From contig JASFYY010000089.1 of assembly GCA_045046875.1 (NCBI GenBank), forward strand, positions 1-64,000: 64,000 bases of DNA, read 5' to 3'. Of the stretch, positions 20,135 to 29,634 are shown piece by piece. This DNA comes from Verrucomicrobiota bacterium. GTDB taxonomy: Bacteria > Verrucomicrobiota > Verrucomicrobiia > Verrucomicrobiales > DEV007. The notes beneath the pieces are model-generated. The model did not search any database. It was given only the letters and a program-made list of their open reading frames with translations, and was not told the DNA's origin. The position numbers and the translations under genes are program-made. Position 1 is the stretch's first letter; every line of letters starts with the position of its first letter.

Positions 20135-20884
20135 ATGAGAATTTATCTTCAGAGAGACGGTCAACAAATAGGGCCTTACACCGAAGACTATTTGCGCAGC
20201 GCTGTCATTGCTGGGGAAATCAATCAATTTGACCTGGCTCAACCCGAGGGGGCTGAAGGATGGCAGCCCTTGAGTGAGCTCATGCCTATAACTACGCCAT
20301 CTGCTGTGAACTCCACAGGATCACCGACGCTATCAGTGTTAGGAACACCTTTGCTGCAGCCTGCATCGGCTACCGATATTGACCAGTTAGCTGCACCGCC
20401 TATTCCGGCCAGTTCGCACCCTCAATCAGATTTACCTCCACCGGATTTCACTTCGGCTGCGCCTATCCCGGAGGCGGGCAGAATAATGGCGCCATCTTCA
20501 TCTGGAAAAACGGGGCAGGCAGGGCTTCAGGCGCTCGCTCGGCAAGGAATTATCATAGCTGGTTGGTTTTGTTTTATATTAGGGTTCGTTGTGATGGTGT
20601 TTTTTTCCTGGCCATTTTATATTCACTACGCTTTTTTTGTGGCGGCTTTATTATTTAGTATAGAACTTATGTGGCATCCCGAAGCCAAAGGTGGGTTGTC
20701 GCTGTTATGGATTACGGTGTTGGTTCCGAGTATCGTTGGATTTGGCTTATTGTTCTATCAGATTAACTATGGAGGTGGCGCTCTATTTAAAAGTTACGAA
20801 AAAGTGGCAACGGACCCGATTAGTGTGAAAGAGGGAGCACGCTTAAAAAGCGTGGCCGGCGCTCTTTTTGTGATTTGGGAATAG
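20135..20884 (+). CDS. GYF_2/DUF4339 domain membrane protein
   Basis: N-terminal YLQRDGQQIGPY...EGWQPL (GYF_2-like), Pro/Ser-rich linker and three hydrophobic helices. Confidence 0.75.
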   Translation: MRIYLQRDGQQIGPYTEDYLRSAVIAGEINQFDLAQPEGAEGWQPLSELMPITTPSAVNSTGSPTLSVLGTPLLQPASATDIDQLAAPPIPASSHPQSDLPPPDFTSAAPIPEAGRIMAPSSSGKTGQAGLQALARQGIIIAGWFCFILGFVVMVFFSWPFYIHYAFFVAALLFSIELMWHPEAKGGLSLLWITVLVPSIVGFGLLFYQINYGGGALFKSYEKVATDPISVKEGARLKSVAGALFVIWE

Positions 20885-20911
20885 CGATGCTTGATCGAAG
20901 TTTGGCGGCTT

Positions 20912-21898
20912 TCAAAGGTCAACGGATTCGGGCTTTTCAGGTAATCCGATCCAAGTGACGATTTGTCCGTTTCTAAGTAAGCAGCGAACCGTCCATGGAT
21001 AAGGGCCAAATCCTGTGTCGCGTCCTTCGAGTAATACAATGATGACATAATACACGCCTGAGTATGTCTTATTACCTTCAATTTTGGTGTCACCATTTGC
21101 ATAAAAAGCGATAGGATTGAAAGACCTTCCTGCTAGCAATTGTGATATTTCTGATTTGACATAATCAAATTGCTTGTTATCCGGGTTATACCAAACTTTT
21201 TTTTCAGCGATCAGATTTTTACACAGATCCGGGTTCCTGCGTAATTCGATCCGGTCAGCTTCGCGCATTTTTTCAAGCCGAATGATGGCACGTTCCAAAC
21301 TGGAACCGTAGTTGTTTTTTGCCGAATTGATAAAGTTGGTTTGAGAGAGGAGGAGTGATTCCGTCATTTGTTTATTAGCTAGGCTGGACACAATAATGTG
21401 ATCCATCTTGATTTGGCGAGGTCGAACGAAACCTCCCGCTTTGACGACACTGATTCCAACGATTTTACCTTCTCGCTTAAGTTTGAAGTTTAAGTCTTGT
21501 TGAATCTGAATTCGTTCAGGCAAAGCTGCCGGGGGCAGGAGTGCTAGGTCGGGATATTTTTCAGCAAAAGGTATTTTTACGATGTCGGGATAACGTCGCA
21601 GGACGATACTTTCAATTTGAGTATCTTGATCTAAAGATGCGCTATCCTTAGTGCGCAAACCTTGGCTGATTGGAGGGCTGTCAGGTGCATTATTCCGAGA
21701 ATGTGCGGGTTCTGGTTTTTTTGTAAGTCGCGGAATTTGTTGCAGATTTGCTTGGTTTGTTTCTGGTGATTGAGGGTTGTTTACTGTCACGGTTTCGGGC
21801 ATTTCCAAAAAAACATATATTTCTGTTCTGAAAGTCTGCCAGAGGATCCCTAATAAAATGGCGAGCAGGAGGATTGAGATCTGGATAAAAGTTTTCAT
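20912..21898 (-). CDS. Hypothetical protein with N-terminal membrane anchor
   Basis: 328-aa ORF with a hydrophobic N-terminal helix then a Pro/Asn/Gln-rich linker; AT-richer DNA; divergent from the gene at 22014. Confidence 0.7.
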   Translation of the reverse strand: MKTFIQISILLLAILLGILWQTFRTEIYVFLEMPETVTVNNPQSPETNQANLQQIPRLTKKPEPAHSRNNAPDSPPISQGLRTKDSASLDQDTQIESIVLRRYPDIVKIPFAEKYPDLALLPPAALPERIQIQQDLNFKLKREGKIVGISVVKAGGFVRPRQIKMDHIIVSSLANKQMTESLLLSQTNFINSAKNNYGSSLERAIIRLEKMREADRIELRRNPDLCKNLIAEKKVWYNPDNKQFDYVKSEISQLLAGRSFNPIAFYANGDTKIEGNKTYSGVYYVIIVLLEGRDTGFGPYPWTVRCLLRNGQIVTWIGLPEKPESVDL

Positions 21899-22013
21899 TC
21901 GACTGGCAGGTTGTTATCGCTTTTATCTATTTTTTATACCTGCCGGGTTTTTTAAGCCAGAGTCGATAATCTGGCTTTCATTGCCAGTAATTTGACATTA
22001 ATATATCTTTGTT

Positions 22014-22982
22014 ATGAAATTTATCATTTATTCTTTTCTAACAGCGAGTTGCTTTTTTGTTTCGGGATTTGCTCAGGAGGAACTGCCTGAACCGCCCGAA
22101 CTGCCTGATGGGATTGTCATGGAGTCCTATAAGTCTCGCCAGACAGGGAGTGGTGATTTCAAGATTTACTTGCGTTATCCTTCTTCGGGGAAAGATAGTA
22201 TCAAAGGGGTACTGGCGATTTGTAAATACAGTGATCGTGGTCTAGCGACGGATTTGGCAGGTTCCACGAGGCATTTTGGCTATTTGTTGAATTTTGCTGA
22301 TCGCCATCAACTGGCGACAATTGGCTTCTCTCCACCTGGCAGAGGTTGGGATCGTACTGCGAATAGCGATATGTTGTCTCGTCGCAATGCGATCGACCAA
22401 GACAAAAATCTCGATGGATTGGCTCGGGATCTATCGCGATCCATTGATCGTTTTGCGGGGAAATACAGGCTGCCAAAAAGTGATTGGCTGTTATACGGTC
22501 TTTGTGGCGGGGCTCAGTATGCTCATCGCATGGCCCTGCGGCAGCCTCAATATTTCAAGGCTGTTCACGTGCACTATGGCGGCAGCTATGATGTTCCCAC
22601 CCCGAAAGCAAAATCGATTCAATGGCTGGTGACCAGTCATGCCGATGAACCTGCTTATATCGCTGCGCAACGTTTTTATCGGCAGTGTAGGGAGATGGAT
22701 TATCGGATGATTCTAAAGGGATATACCCGCAGCAATGCACCAGAGGAATACGATCCTGATATGGCTTATTCGGGTATCACGGATTTGCAGAAATTGTCGA
22801 TGGATTTTTTTGAGCATGCGCTCATAAATAAAGGCAAGGTCGAGCTAAGTCAGAGCTACATAGCCGATTATGTGAACGGGCTGGTGGTGCCCGCAGCAGA
22901 GGGGCAATGGATACCTAAGTCACAAGCGGTTATTTTGCCTACCAGAAAACTGGCTGAAGCCTGGGGGCCTATTTCAGAATGA
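22014..22982 (+). CDS. Secreted alpha/beta-hydrolase-fold protein (GxCxG elbow)
   Basis: Signal peptide (SGFA-QEE). LLYGLCGGAQYAHRMAL resembles the GxSxGAQxAHR esterase elbow. Confidence 0.7.
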   Translation: MKFIIYSFLTASCFFVSGFAQEELPEPPELPDGIVMESYKSRQTGSGDFKIYLRYPSSGKDSIKGVLAICKYSDRGLATDLAGSTRHFGYLLNFADRHQLATIGFSPPGRGWDRTANSDMLSRRNAIDQDKNLDGLARDLSRSIDRFAGKYRLPKSDWLLYGLCGGAQYAHRMALRQPQYFKAVHVHYGGSYDVPTPKAKSIQWLVTSHADEPAYIAAQRFYRQCREMDYRMILKGYTRSNAPEEYDPDMAYSGITDLQKLSMDFFEHALINKGKVELSQSYIADYVNGLVVPAAEGQWIPKSQAVILPTRKLAEAWGPISE

Positions 22983-23018
22983 GAATGGTTTCAGGGTTTT
23001 TAAGATAAGGGGCTGACA

Positions 23019-24395
23019 TTGGAGTTTTTTTACGGAGATCATTTACGTTTGGATTGGGGGCTGGGTAACCCTAATAAAACCGCTGCCTTGATAGCTTGCC
23101 TGATGGTCGTTGCCCATCTTATTCGTTTTGTTAATAACAAAACGTGGGCGCTGTTTGTTTTTGGGGCGGTATTTTTAAGCTTGGGAGTCTGTTTGATTCA
23201 CACTTATTCGCGTGGGGGCATTTTGGCTGCGGTGTTTGGGCAGCTGGCTTTCTGGGGAGCATTCACTGGGGCTAAGTTCACAAAGCCGGCTAGGAGGGAG
23301 TTCCTATGTGGAGCAATACTGTTCGCCGTTCTATCAATTTATGCACTGCTTCCTCAAGTCAACGCTGCGAGCCGTTATACCCAGGGATTACTTCCAGGGG
23401 ACGAGGACCGTTCGATCAGTAACCGTTTGCGTATTTGGAAAGATGCCCCTCGAATGATGACGGACGCTCCGAGAGGGTGGGGAATAGGGCGGGCGGGTAT
23501 AGCCTGGATGCAGTGGTATCAACCCGTTTCGACCCGTTATCAGTACCGCACCTTGGTGAACAGTCACCTTACCTGGATGGTCGAATTTGGTTGGTTCGGT
23601 CGATTTGTTTATCTGTTTGCCTGGGGTTTGTTGTTTGCCATTGTGTTTGATCGATCAACGGAGGGGGATCGAGTGAAAAGTCGAGCGAGTGCCGCAATTG
23701 CCACCGGGATATGGTTCTCATTTGCTGTCAGTATGTTTTTTAGTTCCATCGCTGAATCCTGGGTATTGTGGGTTTTGCCGCTGGGATCTTTGCTCTGGAT
23801 GATTTTTTTCGGGTGTTTTTTGAGAACGGAAAGCGATGTTTTGACAAGGGGGGGCAGGGATATAGCTGTTATAGCCGTGGTTTCATTTGTCAGTCTTGTT
23901 TCTCTGGCCTTAATGGGGTATGCCGTTAAGCCTGACATTCCGATTCACTGCGATGGAGAAAATGTGATACTTGGAATACGCCTCCCTCGAAATCTGTTGC
24001 TGCAACCTGATGAAAGGGTTCTTGGTCAACATTATGGAATTCAGCTGCGTGAGAACCTTTCATCCGGATGGTTGATTGCCGATTCGTTAGCAGAAAATAC
24101 TGTGCCGGAAGGGATTGAGCTCATGGTGCTATCGGGGGATTTTTTCGATTTAGATGAAATTAATAATTTTCAAGGTGACGTGGTAATTTTAAATTCTTTA
24201 AGAATGTTAGAAAAGTCTGGACATGCGCGTTCAAATCGAGTTATTTTGGGGTCTCACAGAAAGGATGCTATTGCCAAATCGATTCGTCACGCTTGTGCGG
24301 AAGATGGATTTGGCTGGGATCTGGAACTGAGGAAAGGCAAAAAACTTTATTTGGGAAACTGGATGGAAATAATAAACCCTCCTGAAAATCAGTAA
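23019..24395 (+). CDS. O-antigen ligase / Wzy_C family polytopic membrane protein
   Basis: GLGNPNKTAA, TYSRGG, SISNRLRIW, GWGIG and LVNSHLTWMVEFGW; many TM helices; soluble C-terminal extension; TTG start. Confidence 0.82.
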   Translation: MEFFYGDHLRLDWGLGNPNKTAALIACLMVVAHLIRFVNNKTWALFVFGAVFLSLGVCLIHTYSRGGILAAVFGQLAFWGAFTGAKFTKPARREFLCGAILFAVLSIYALLPQVNAASRYTQGLLPGDEDRSISNRLRIWKDAPRMMTDAPRGWGIGRAGIAWMQWYQPVSTRYQYRTLVNSHLTWMVEFGWFGRFVYLFAWGLLFAIVFDRSTEGDRVKSRASAAIATGIWFSFAVSMFFSSIAESWVLWVLPLGSLLWMIFFGCFLRTESDVLTRGGRDIAVIAVVSFVSLVSLALMGYAVKPDIPIHCDGENVILGIRLPRNLLLQPDERVLGQHYGIQLRENLSSGWLIADSLAENTVPEGIELMVLSGDFFDLDEINNFQGDVVILNSLRMLEKSGHARSNRVILGSHRKDAIAKSIRHACAEDGFGWDLELRKGKKLYLGNWMEIINPPENQ

Positions 24396-24429
24396 TATTC
24401 ACAAAGTAAATCAAACCTATATCATTATA

Positions 24430-24657
24430 ATGAAAGCACTTGTCGCTCTATTTGGAATTTTATCCCTGTTCTTTTCGCTGAATCTGTCTGTTTTCGCTAA
24501 TAACAGTCATACGGATCAAGTCAGCGCGCCTGGCCCAAAAGAAGAAGTTAAAGAGCAAAATAAGGGAGGTGATGACGGGGACGACGACGACGATAAAGAT
24601 GATGACCCTAAACCTGATGGAGAGAAAAAACCAAAAGGCAAAGGGCATAACGAATAA
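24430..24657 (+). CDS. Small secreted acidic low-complexity protein
   Basis: Clear signal peptide (MKALVALFGILSLFFSLNLSVFA) followed by a 52-aa D/K/G/P-rich mature part; followed by a terminator hairpin. Confidence 0.7.
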   Translation: MKALVALFGILSLFFSLNLSVFANNSHTDQVSAPGPKEEVKEQNKGGDDGDDDDDKDDDPKPDGEKKPKGKGHNE

Positions 24658-24710
24658 GCAAAATAATATTTACGGATTTGCAGGTGAATTTGTTTACCGT
24701 AATCCGAGGG

Positions 24711-24741
24711 AAAAGACTTCTATTCAGGAAGTCTTTTTTTT
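24711..24741 (+). terminator. Rho-independent terminator after the small secreted protein gene
   Basis: AAAAGACTTC-tattcag-GAAGTCTTTT, a perfect 10-bp stem running into a T-tract. A second imperfect hairpin lies just upstream (about 24673-24706). Confidence 0.75.
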
Positions 24742-24808
24742 GGGTCAGTTAAAAAACGACGAGAAAGACAAAGATTCGGATATTGAAATAAGCAATATTT
24801 TGTTCACT

Positions 24809-26269
24809 ATGCATCCAAGCATTCTCATGTTGCGCAGCTTGAAAGTTTTTATTGTTGTCGTGGGATGTGCCTGCGTGGGTGAATTTTCGTTATTAGCTAA
24901 TGAATTTTCTAAGCCAAATGACACGATAGGGTATGCCAACTGTTTTGGGAATCTGCAGTTTACCGGACATCTAGGGGCGATAGAATTATCCAAAACAGAA
25001 GTTTACAATTTCTATTTTCAATATTCTTCTTACTCAGAATATGAGTCTCCACTTTTAGGTAAAGGTTTTTTTGTGCCTATGCTGGAGTCCTCATTGATTG
25101 ATAATGACTATTTCATAGAAGTCACTACCTTGGGCGGGGCGACAATCTATTTATATCGTTTGCCTGCGGATCCTGAGAGGTATGTTTCCCTTAATGGTAA
25201 GAACAGTGCGCTCAAGGTGGGTTCTGATAAATTTATCCGTAAAAGCAAGGACGGATTTATATTGGAATATAATGAAGGGCAATTGATGCGGGTGCAGACT
25301 CCAAAAGGCAATCAATTGATTTTTGAATATAAAGGGGGGCATTGTAAGACGGTGCGTTCAAGTTCGGGTGCAGTGGTTTGTTCAATTAACAGGATCAATG
25401 ACAAACAAGGTGTGTTCACTACAAAACGAGGGCGGTATAAACTGGAATTTCAAATCCACCCCGTCTCCAAGGATCCGGAGCTGCACCCTTCCAATCTTCC
25501 TCCACTTTATACGCTCAAAACAATCACATGGCCCAATGGAGCTGAAACTCAGTTGAGTTACGCAGATATTCCCGGCAGCGATGATATAAAAATGCAAATG
25601 AGGTATCAGGACGATGTCATGGATTTTATTTGGAACAAAAATACGGAACAACTAAGCGTGGCGGATAAGGTTGATTACCGGATTAGCCCTCTCCGAAGGG
25701 AGGGCGATTATAGTCAGGAGCGAACGGTCACAGGGGTTTACACTATTCATCGGCGGTTTGAAAATAATACTTGGGAGTCATTCACTCATGATGAAGACGC
25801 AGGGTATTCAGATGTCGAGAAATCCACGGGTGAGTTGATCCGAACCTACTACATCAATACTCGTGGAGCTGTGTTTAATTTGGTGAGTAAGCGTGAACGA
25901 ATCCGTAAAAGCCCTACAGAAAACAGTTCGAAGGTATTCTATGAAGCTTTTTATGATGTTGAAGGAAAATTACTACGTCAGGTGAACGAGGGCAAAATCA
26001 CGTGGCACCTGAGGAAAGGTGGGGTTCCTGAATCCGTGGTGAAGGGCAACGATAATTTGATTCGTTATGATGAAAAGGGCAGAGTGGTTGAGTCCCGTCT
26101 TGATGATAGTCTTACTAAAACGAGGTGGTTGAAGAACGATGTGAGTCGTGTGGTGTCACGCCATCCCTGGGGTGAAACGACTTTGCGTTATTACGATAAA
26201 TACGGCGATTCTCTGCCCTTGCCTGCCGGTGAAAATTATAGTCAATTACTGCAGCCGATTTCAGAATAG
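24809..26269 (+). CDS. Secreted YD/RHS-repeat-like protein without RHS core
   Basis: Signal peptide after ATG 24809 or 24827; YSS...SPLLGKGF..PMLESSL (RHS N-terminal-like); YD-like units EYNEGQLMRVQTPKG, ITWPNG, FYDVEGKLL, RYDEKGRVV and YYDKYG. The longer ORF from 24569 crosses a terminator, so it was not used. Confidence 0.7.
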   Translation: MHPSILMLRSLKVFIVVVGCACVGEFSLLANEFSKPNDTIGYANCFGNLQFTGHLGAIELSKTEVYNFYFQYSSYSEYESPLLGKGFFVPMLESSLIDNDYFIEVTTLGGATIYLYRLPADPERYVSLNGKNSALKVGSDKFIRKSKDGFILEYNEGQLMRVQTPKGNQLIFEYKGGHCKTVRSSSGAVVCSINRINDKQGVFTTKRGRYKLEFQIHPVSKDPELHPSNLPPLYTLKTITWPNGAETQLSYADIPGSDDIKMQMRYQDDVMDFIWNKNTEQLSVADKVDYRISPLRREGDYSQERTVTGVYTIHRRFENNTWESFTHDEDAGYSDVEKSTGELIRTYYINTRGAVFNLVSKRERIRKSPTENSSKVFYEAFYDVEGKLLRQVNEGKITWHLRKGGVPESVVKGNDNLIRYDEKGRVVESRLDDSLTKTRWLKNDVSRVVSRHPWGETTLRYYDKYGDSLPLPAGENYSQLLQPISE

Positions 26270-26333
26270 TTGTTTAGCGAGAATTTATTTTTAGTAAGGA
26301 GGTCGGCGAGCGTAGGTTCACACGGCTTGGCAC

Positions 26334-28622
26334 TTATTTCTCTGCTAGAATTTGCACCGCGTCGATGTGGACGTTACCGTCGACGCCTTCGTTGCTGAAG
26401 ATCACAGCGGCGTCCTGACCTTTTTTGAATGAATACACTCCCAAGGTGGCAAAACCTTTGGCCAGAGGGGCGGCGATTTTCTGGTTCACCCGAGTGGTTT
26501 TTTCTCCGTCGGCGCTGATGACGGTGACTGGGGTTTTGGATGAACGGTTGGCATGTGGCTGCCAGGAAATACGCACTTCGTATGGACCATCCTGGGGAAC
26601 TTGGAATTCAAAACGAGCTTCGTTTTTGCCGGAACGGCTGGCGTAGTGGTAGCCATGCTCGACGTAGTTTTTCAGGCCTTCACCCTCTGTCCATTTGCCG
26701 GTGAGCTTAGCCTCACGATCATCGATGACGATGCCGTTGAGTGAACTTTTTTTAATGAAGTCCGATGGCGGGGCAGAGAGGTGGGGCAGAGCGGGGTCGT
26801 CGCGAAATTCATCGTTCAGTGAATCGCGGCGGATGTAGCCGGGTTGCTGCAACAAGGTGATCAGTTTGTCGAGGTATTTGGAATACACGTCCCGCGGTGA
26901 GCAGTTGTATTGGGTGCCGATGGCGGCGGCCTTGCCCACCACGACGCCCATCATGCCGCCGGTTTTCATCACCCGCACGGTGCCCAGCGCTTTGTGGGTG
27001 ACAGAAACGTTGCGCCCCGCCATGAACAGGTTGTCGATGTTGCGGGAGTAAAAACAACGGTAGGGAACCGGGTAACCCCGGCGTTTGTCCACGCCTTTGC
27101 CAAATTCCGCGCGTGAGATGAAGGGGTTGTCAGCGTATTTTTTCATATAGCGTTCCTGCGGGTAGTGCAGGTCGATGCCCCAGGTGGTGAGCACGCAACC
27201 GTCGGGGAAAGGTTTTTTGCTGACCAGGTCTTGTTCAGTTAAAATGACGTCACCGAGCAGTTGTTGGGTTTCGCGCGGGCCACCGATGTAGGCCATCCAG
27301 GTTAGGCGGGCGTTTTTGTGATCCTTTTTATCGGGATCGTTGCGGGCGTGAGCGCCTTTGTTTTTGAGCGCATTAAAAGCTCCGAAGGCGGCACGGAAAT
27401 TCCAGTCGCGGATGGCTTCGAGGTCTTTGATCGGATCTTTATCAAAGCCGGTTTCCCAGAACCACTCGGCATGAAATTTACGCGGGTAGGGGAATTCGGC
27501 TTCGCTGAGGTCGAGTGCCCATGGCACGCTGGGGAAAGCTTGTTCGCTGTCCGCGTTTTCCCAGGCCCACATATTGCTCATGCCCATGCGCCCTTTGGGC
27601 TGCATTTCGCGGTCAGCGTTGGCCCATTGGCCGATCGAACCGTGACCGGTTGAGTCGCAGAAAAAACGTGCTTTGATGCGGCGCACTTCATTGCTGCGAG
27701 TATCGAGGGCGAGGATGGCGTCGATGTGTTTTTCATCTTTCATTTCCACGGCGTAAGCGTGGTAATTGAGAAAGAGTGTTAGGTTTTTTTCAGTGCGGGC
27801 GATTTGTTCTTTTTTGGAGTCTTCGTATTCTTCAATGGTGCCGGGTGAAGCTTTGGCATGGTCTTCGAATTCGCGAATGATGTCACCGATGGGATAGAGG
27901 CCAGCAGGCGTATTGCCCTGAGCCCAAACTTGAACTTCAGATGAGCCGTTGCCACCGAGAACACTTCGGTTTTGAACCAGTGCGACTTTCAGACCCATGC
28001 GAGCGGCAGCGATGGCACCGCAGGACCCAGCGTATCCGCCGCCGATAAAAACCAGATCAAAGGGTTTTTCGTCGATGATCTCAGCTGATTTCCCCATCAG
28101 CTCGCGGCGCCATTTTGGTAGCACTTCGCTGGTATTATTGGGAACAAAATTGAGGTCGTCGGAGAACAGGATGGCATCACAGCGGCCATTAAATCCGCTG
28201 AGATCGTGAAGGGCAATGGAAGCATCTTTGTTATTGATGGTGACCAAACCGCCGTCTTGCCAATGCCAGTTAGCGTTTTCTGTTCCGAAAGTTTTGCCGC
28301 TGCTTTTGCCATCGATTAGGATTTGAAATTTGCCTGGAGCACCTTTGGCTTCCCAGCGAGCGACCCAGTCGAGGGTGCGCACCCACATACGGTATTCACC
28401 CGCTTGCTTGAATTGGATCTTGGTGCTGGCGTCGGCGACAGGTTTGCCCAGTCCATGCGCGAGCAGATAGGGCGAGCCCATGAGGTCGATGAACTGGGTG
28501 TCGAGCTTCCAGCCACCACGGTCTTTGAATGACTCGGTTTCGACGAGTATGGTTTCGCTGCGCAGATTACTGGTGAGAGTAAAAAGGAAGAAGATGCTTA
28601 ATGCGGTTTGGATGGATTTCAT
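26334..28622 (-). CDS. Secreted FAD-dependent oxidoreductase with golvesin/xanthan-lyase-like beta-sandwich domains
   Basis: Signal peptide; DLVFIGGGYAGSCGAIAAAR; LGGNGSSE; DSTGHG; VPYRCFYSRNIDNLFMAGRNVS; RVMKTG; C-terminal IVIDD...W...YEVRISW...IDAVQ. Confidence 0.88.
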   Translation of the reverse strand: MKSIQTALSIFFLFTLTSNLRSETILVETESFKDRGGWKLDTQFIDLMGSPYLLAHGLGKPVADASTKIQFKQAGEYRMWVRTLDWVARWEAKGAPGKFQILIDGKSSGKTFGTENANWHWQDGGLVTINNKDASIALHDLSGFNGRCDAILFSDDLNFVPNNTSEVLPKWRRELMGKSAEIIDEKPFDLVFIGGGYAGSCGAIAAARMGLKVALVQNRSVLGGNGSSEVQVWAQGNTPAGLYPIGDIIREFEDHAKASPGTIEEYEDSKKEQIARTEKNLTLFLNYHAYAVEMKDEKHIDAILALDTRSNEVRRIKARFFCDSTGHGSIGQWANADREMQPKGRMGMSNMWAWENADSEQAFPSVPWALDLSEAEFPYPRKFHAEWFWETGFDKDPIKDLEAIRDWNFRAAFGAFNALKNKGAHARNDPDKKDHKNARLTWMAYIGGPRETQQLLGDVILTEQDLVSKKPFPDGCVLTTWGIDLHYPQERYMKKYADNPFISRAEFGKGVDKRRGYPVPYRCFYSRNIDNLFMAGRNVSVTHKALGTVRVMKTGGMMGVVVGKAAAIGTQYNCSPRDVYSKYLDKLITLLQQPGYIRRDSLNDEFRDDPALPHLSAPPSDFIKKSSLNGIVIDDREAKLTGKWTEGEGLKNYVEHGYHYASRSGKNEARFEFQVPQDGPYEVRISWQPHANRSSKTPVTVISADGEKTTRVNQKIAAPLAKGFATLGVYSFKKGQDAAVIFSNEGVDGNVHIDAVQILAEK

Positions 28623-29584
28623 AAATTAACGTGACGGTTTTCTGCGACGGAAGTTTCACAGGCTTCGATGATTTTTTGGCAAGTGATGGCGTCGTCGATA
28701 GTAGAGAGCGGGCATTCTCGGTTTTGGACACAATTTTCGACAAAAAATCGCACTTCTTCGCGGATGTGGTGTTCGTAGGCGGAGAAGGTATGGCTGTGAA
28801 CAACTCCTGCTTGGTTTTCCACCCAGTCTCGGTAGCTGAAGCGGGTGGAGCCTTTACTGCCGATCACTTTGATCACAAAAGTCCACGGATCCGAGCTGTG
28901 ATCATCGGCGGCAAAGTCAGCAGAAAAATGAGCCAGCGCGCCGGATTTCATTTTCAGGTTCACCATGGCGATGTCTTCTCCGGTGAAATTTTCGTAGTGG
29001 ATCACTGATTTCATCGCAGAGAGGGATTCGGGTTCGCCGGCGAGATGCAGCAGGATGTAGGCGTGATGGGTCAGGATGTGGCGGATCACTCCGGGGTAGC
29101 GCTGGGCGACTTCCTCTGGGTGGTGGATATGATATTGAATATAGATCGCCACTAAGTCGCCTAGTTTTTTGGTGTCGATGAGCTCCTTGCTACGTGTTAG
29201 TGCGGGTTCGTAAATGTAGTTGTGCCCTGGCATCAGAACTACTTGGTTTTTTTCGGCACAAGCTTTGAGCGCGAGCAGTTCATCTACGGTGCTGGCGACC
29301 GGTTTTTCGATAAGTATATTTTTGCCGGCGTTCATCGCCATCATGGCATAAGTGGCGTGGCTATCGATGTTGGTGAGAATGAAAACGCTGTCGATGTGGG
29401 GATCAGCGATCAACTCTTCGACAGATTCATAGATCTGACACTGGAAGGGGATGGATTTTTCTTCGTTCAGTTGATCATCCTCACTCCATATTCCAGCGAG
29501 CTCTGTGCTAGGGCAATGGCGGATGGCTTCTGCATGTAGCCATGAAATGTCTCCGGCTCCGATGAAGGCGATGTGAGTTTTCAT
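28619..29584 (-). CDS. Gfo/Idh/MocA family oxidoreductase
   Basis: IAFIGAGDIS Rossmann motif; AGKNILIEKP; 4-nt overlap with the downstream gene. Confidence 0.92.
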   Translation of the reverse strand: MKTHIAFIGAGDISWLHAEAIRHCPSTELAGIWSEDDQLNEEKSIPFQCQIYESVEELIADPHIDSVFILTNIDSHATYAMMAMNAGKNILIEKPVASTVDELLALKACAEKNQVVLMPGHNYIYEPALTRSKELIDTKKLGDLVAIYIQYHIHHPEEVAQRYPGVIRHILTHHAYILLHLAGEPESLSAMKSVIHYENFTGEDIAMVNLKMKSGALAHFSADFAADDHSSDPWTFVIKVIGSKGSTRFSYRDWVENQAGVVHSHTFSAYEHHIREEVRFFVENCVQNRECPLSTIDDAITCQKIIEACETSVAENRHVNL

Positions 29585-29634
29585 GACTTAGTTTCGGAAG
29601 ATCTGTGAGAAAATCAAGTGCGCCCCTGTCAAAA

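Noticed and set aside
24569..24808. N-terminal extension of the 566-aa ORF, or a frameshift fusion with the 75-aa peptide
   Set aside because: The extension overlaps the small gene and runs through a clear terminator. A signal peptide starts at 24809 or 24827.
24809..26269. RHS toxin-immunity or T6SS locus
   Set aside because: No RHS core motif, toxin tip, immunity ORF, VgrG or PAAR gene.
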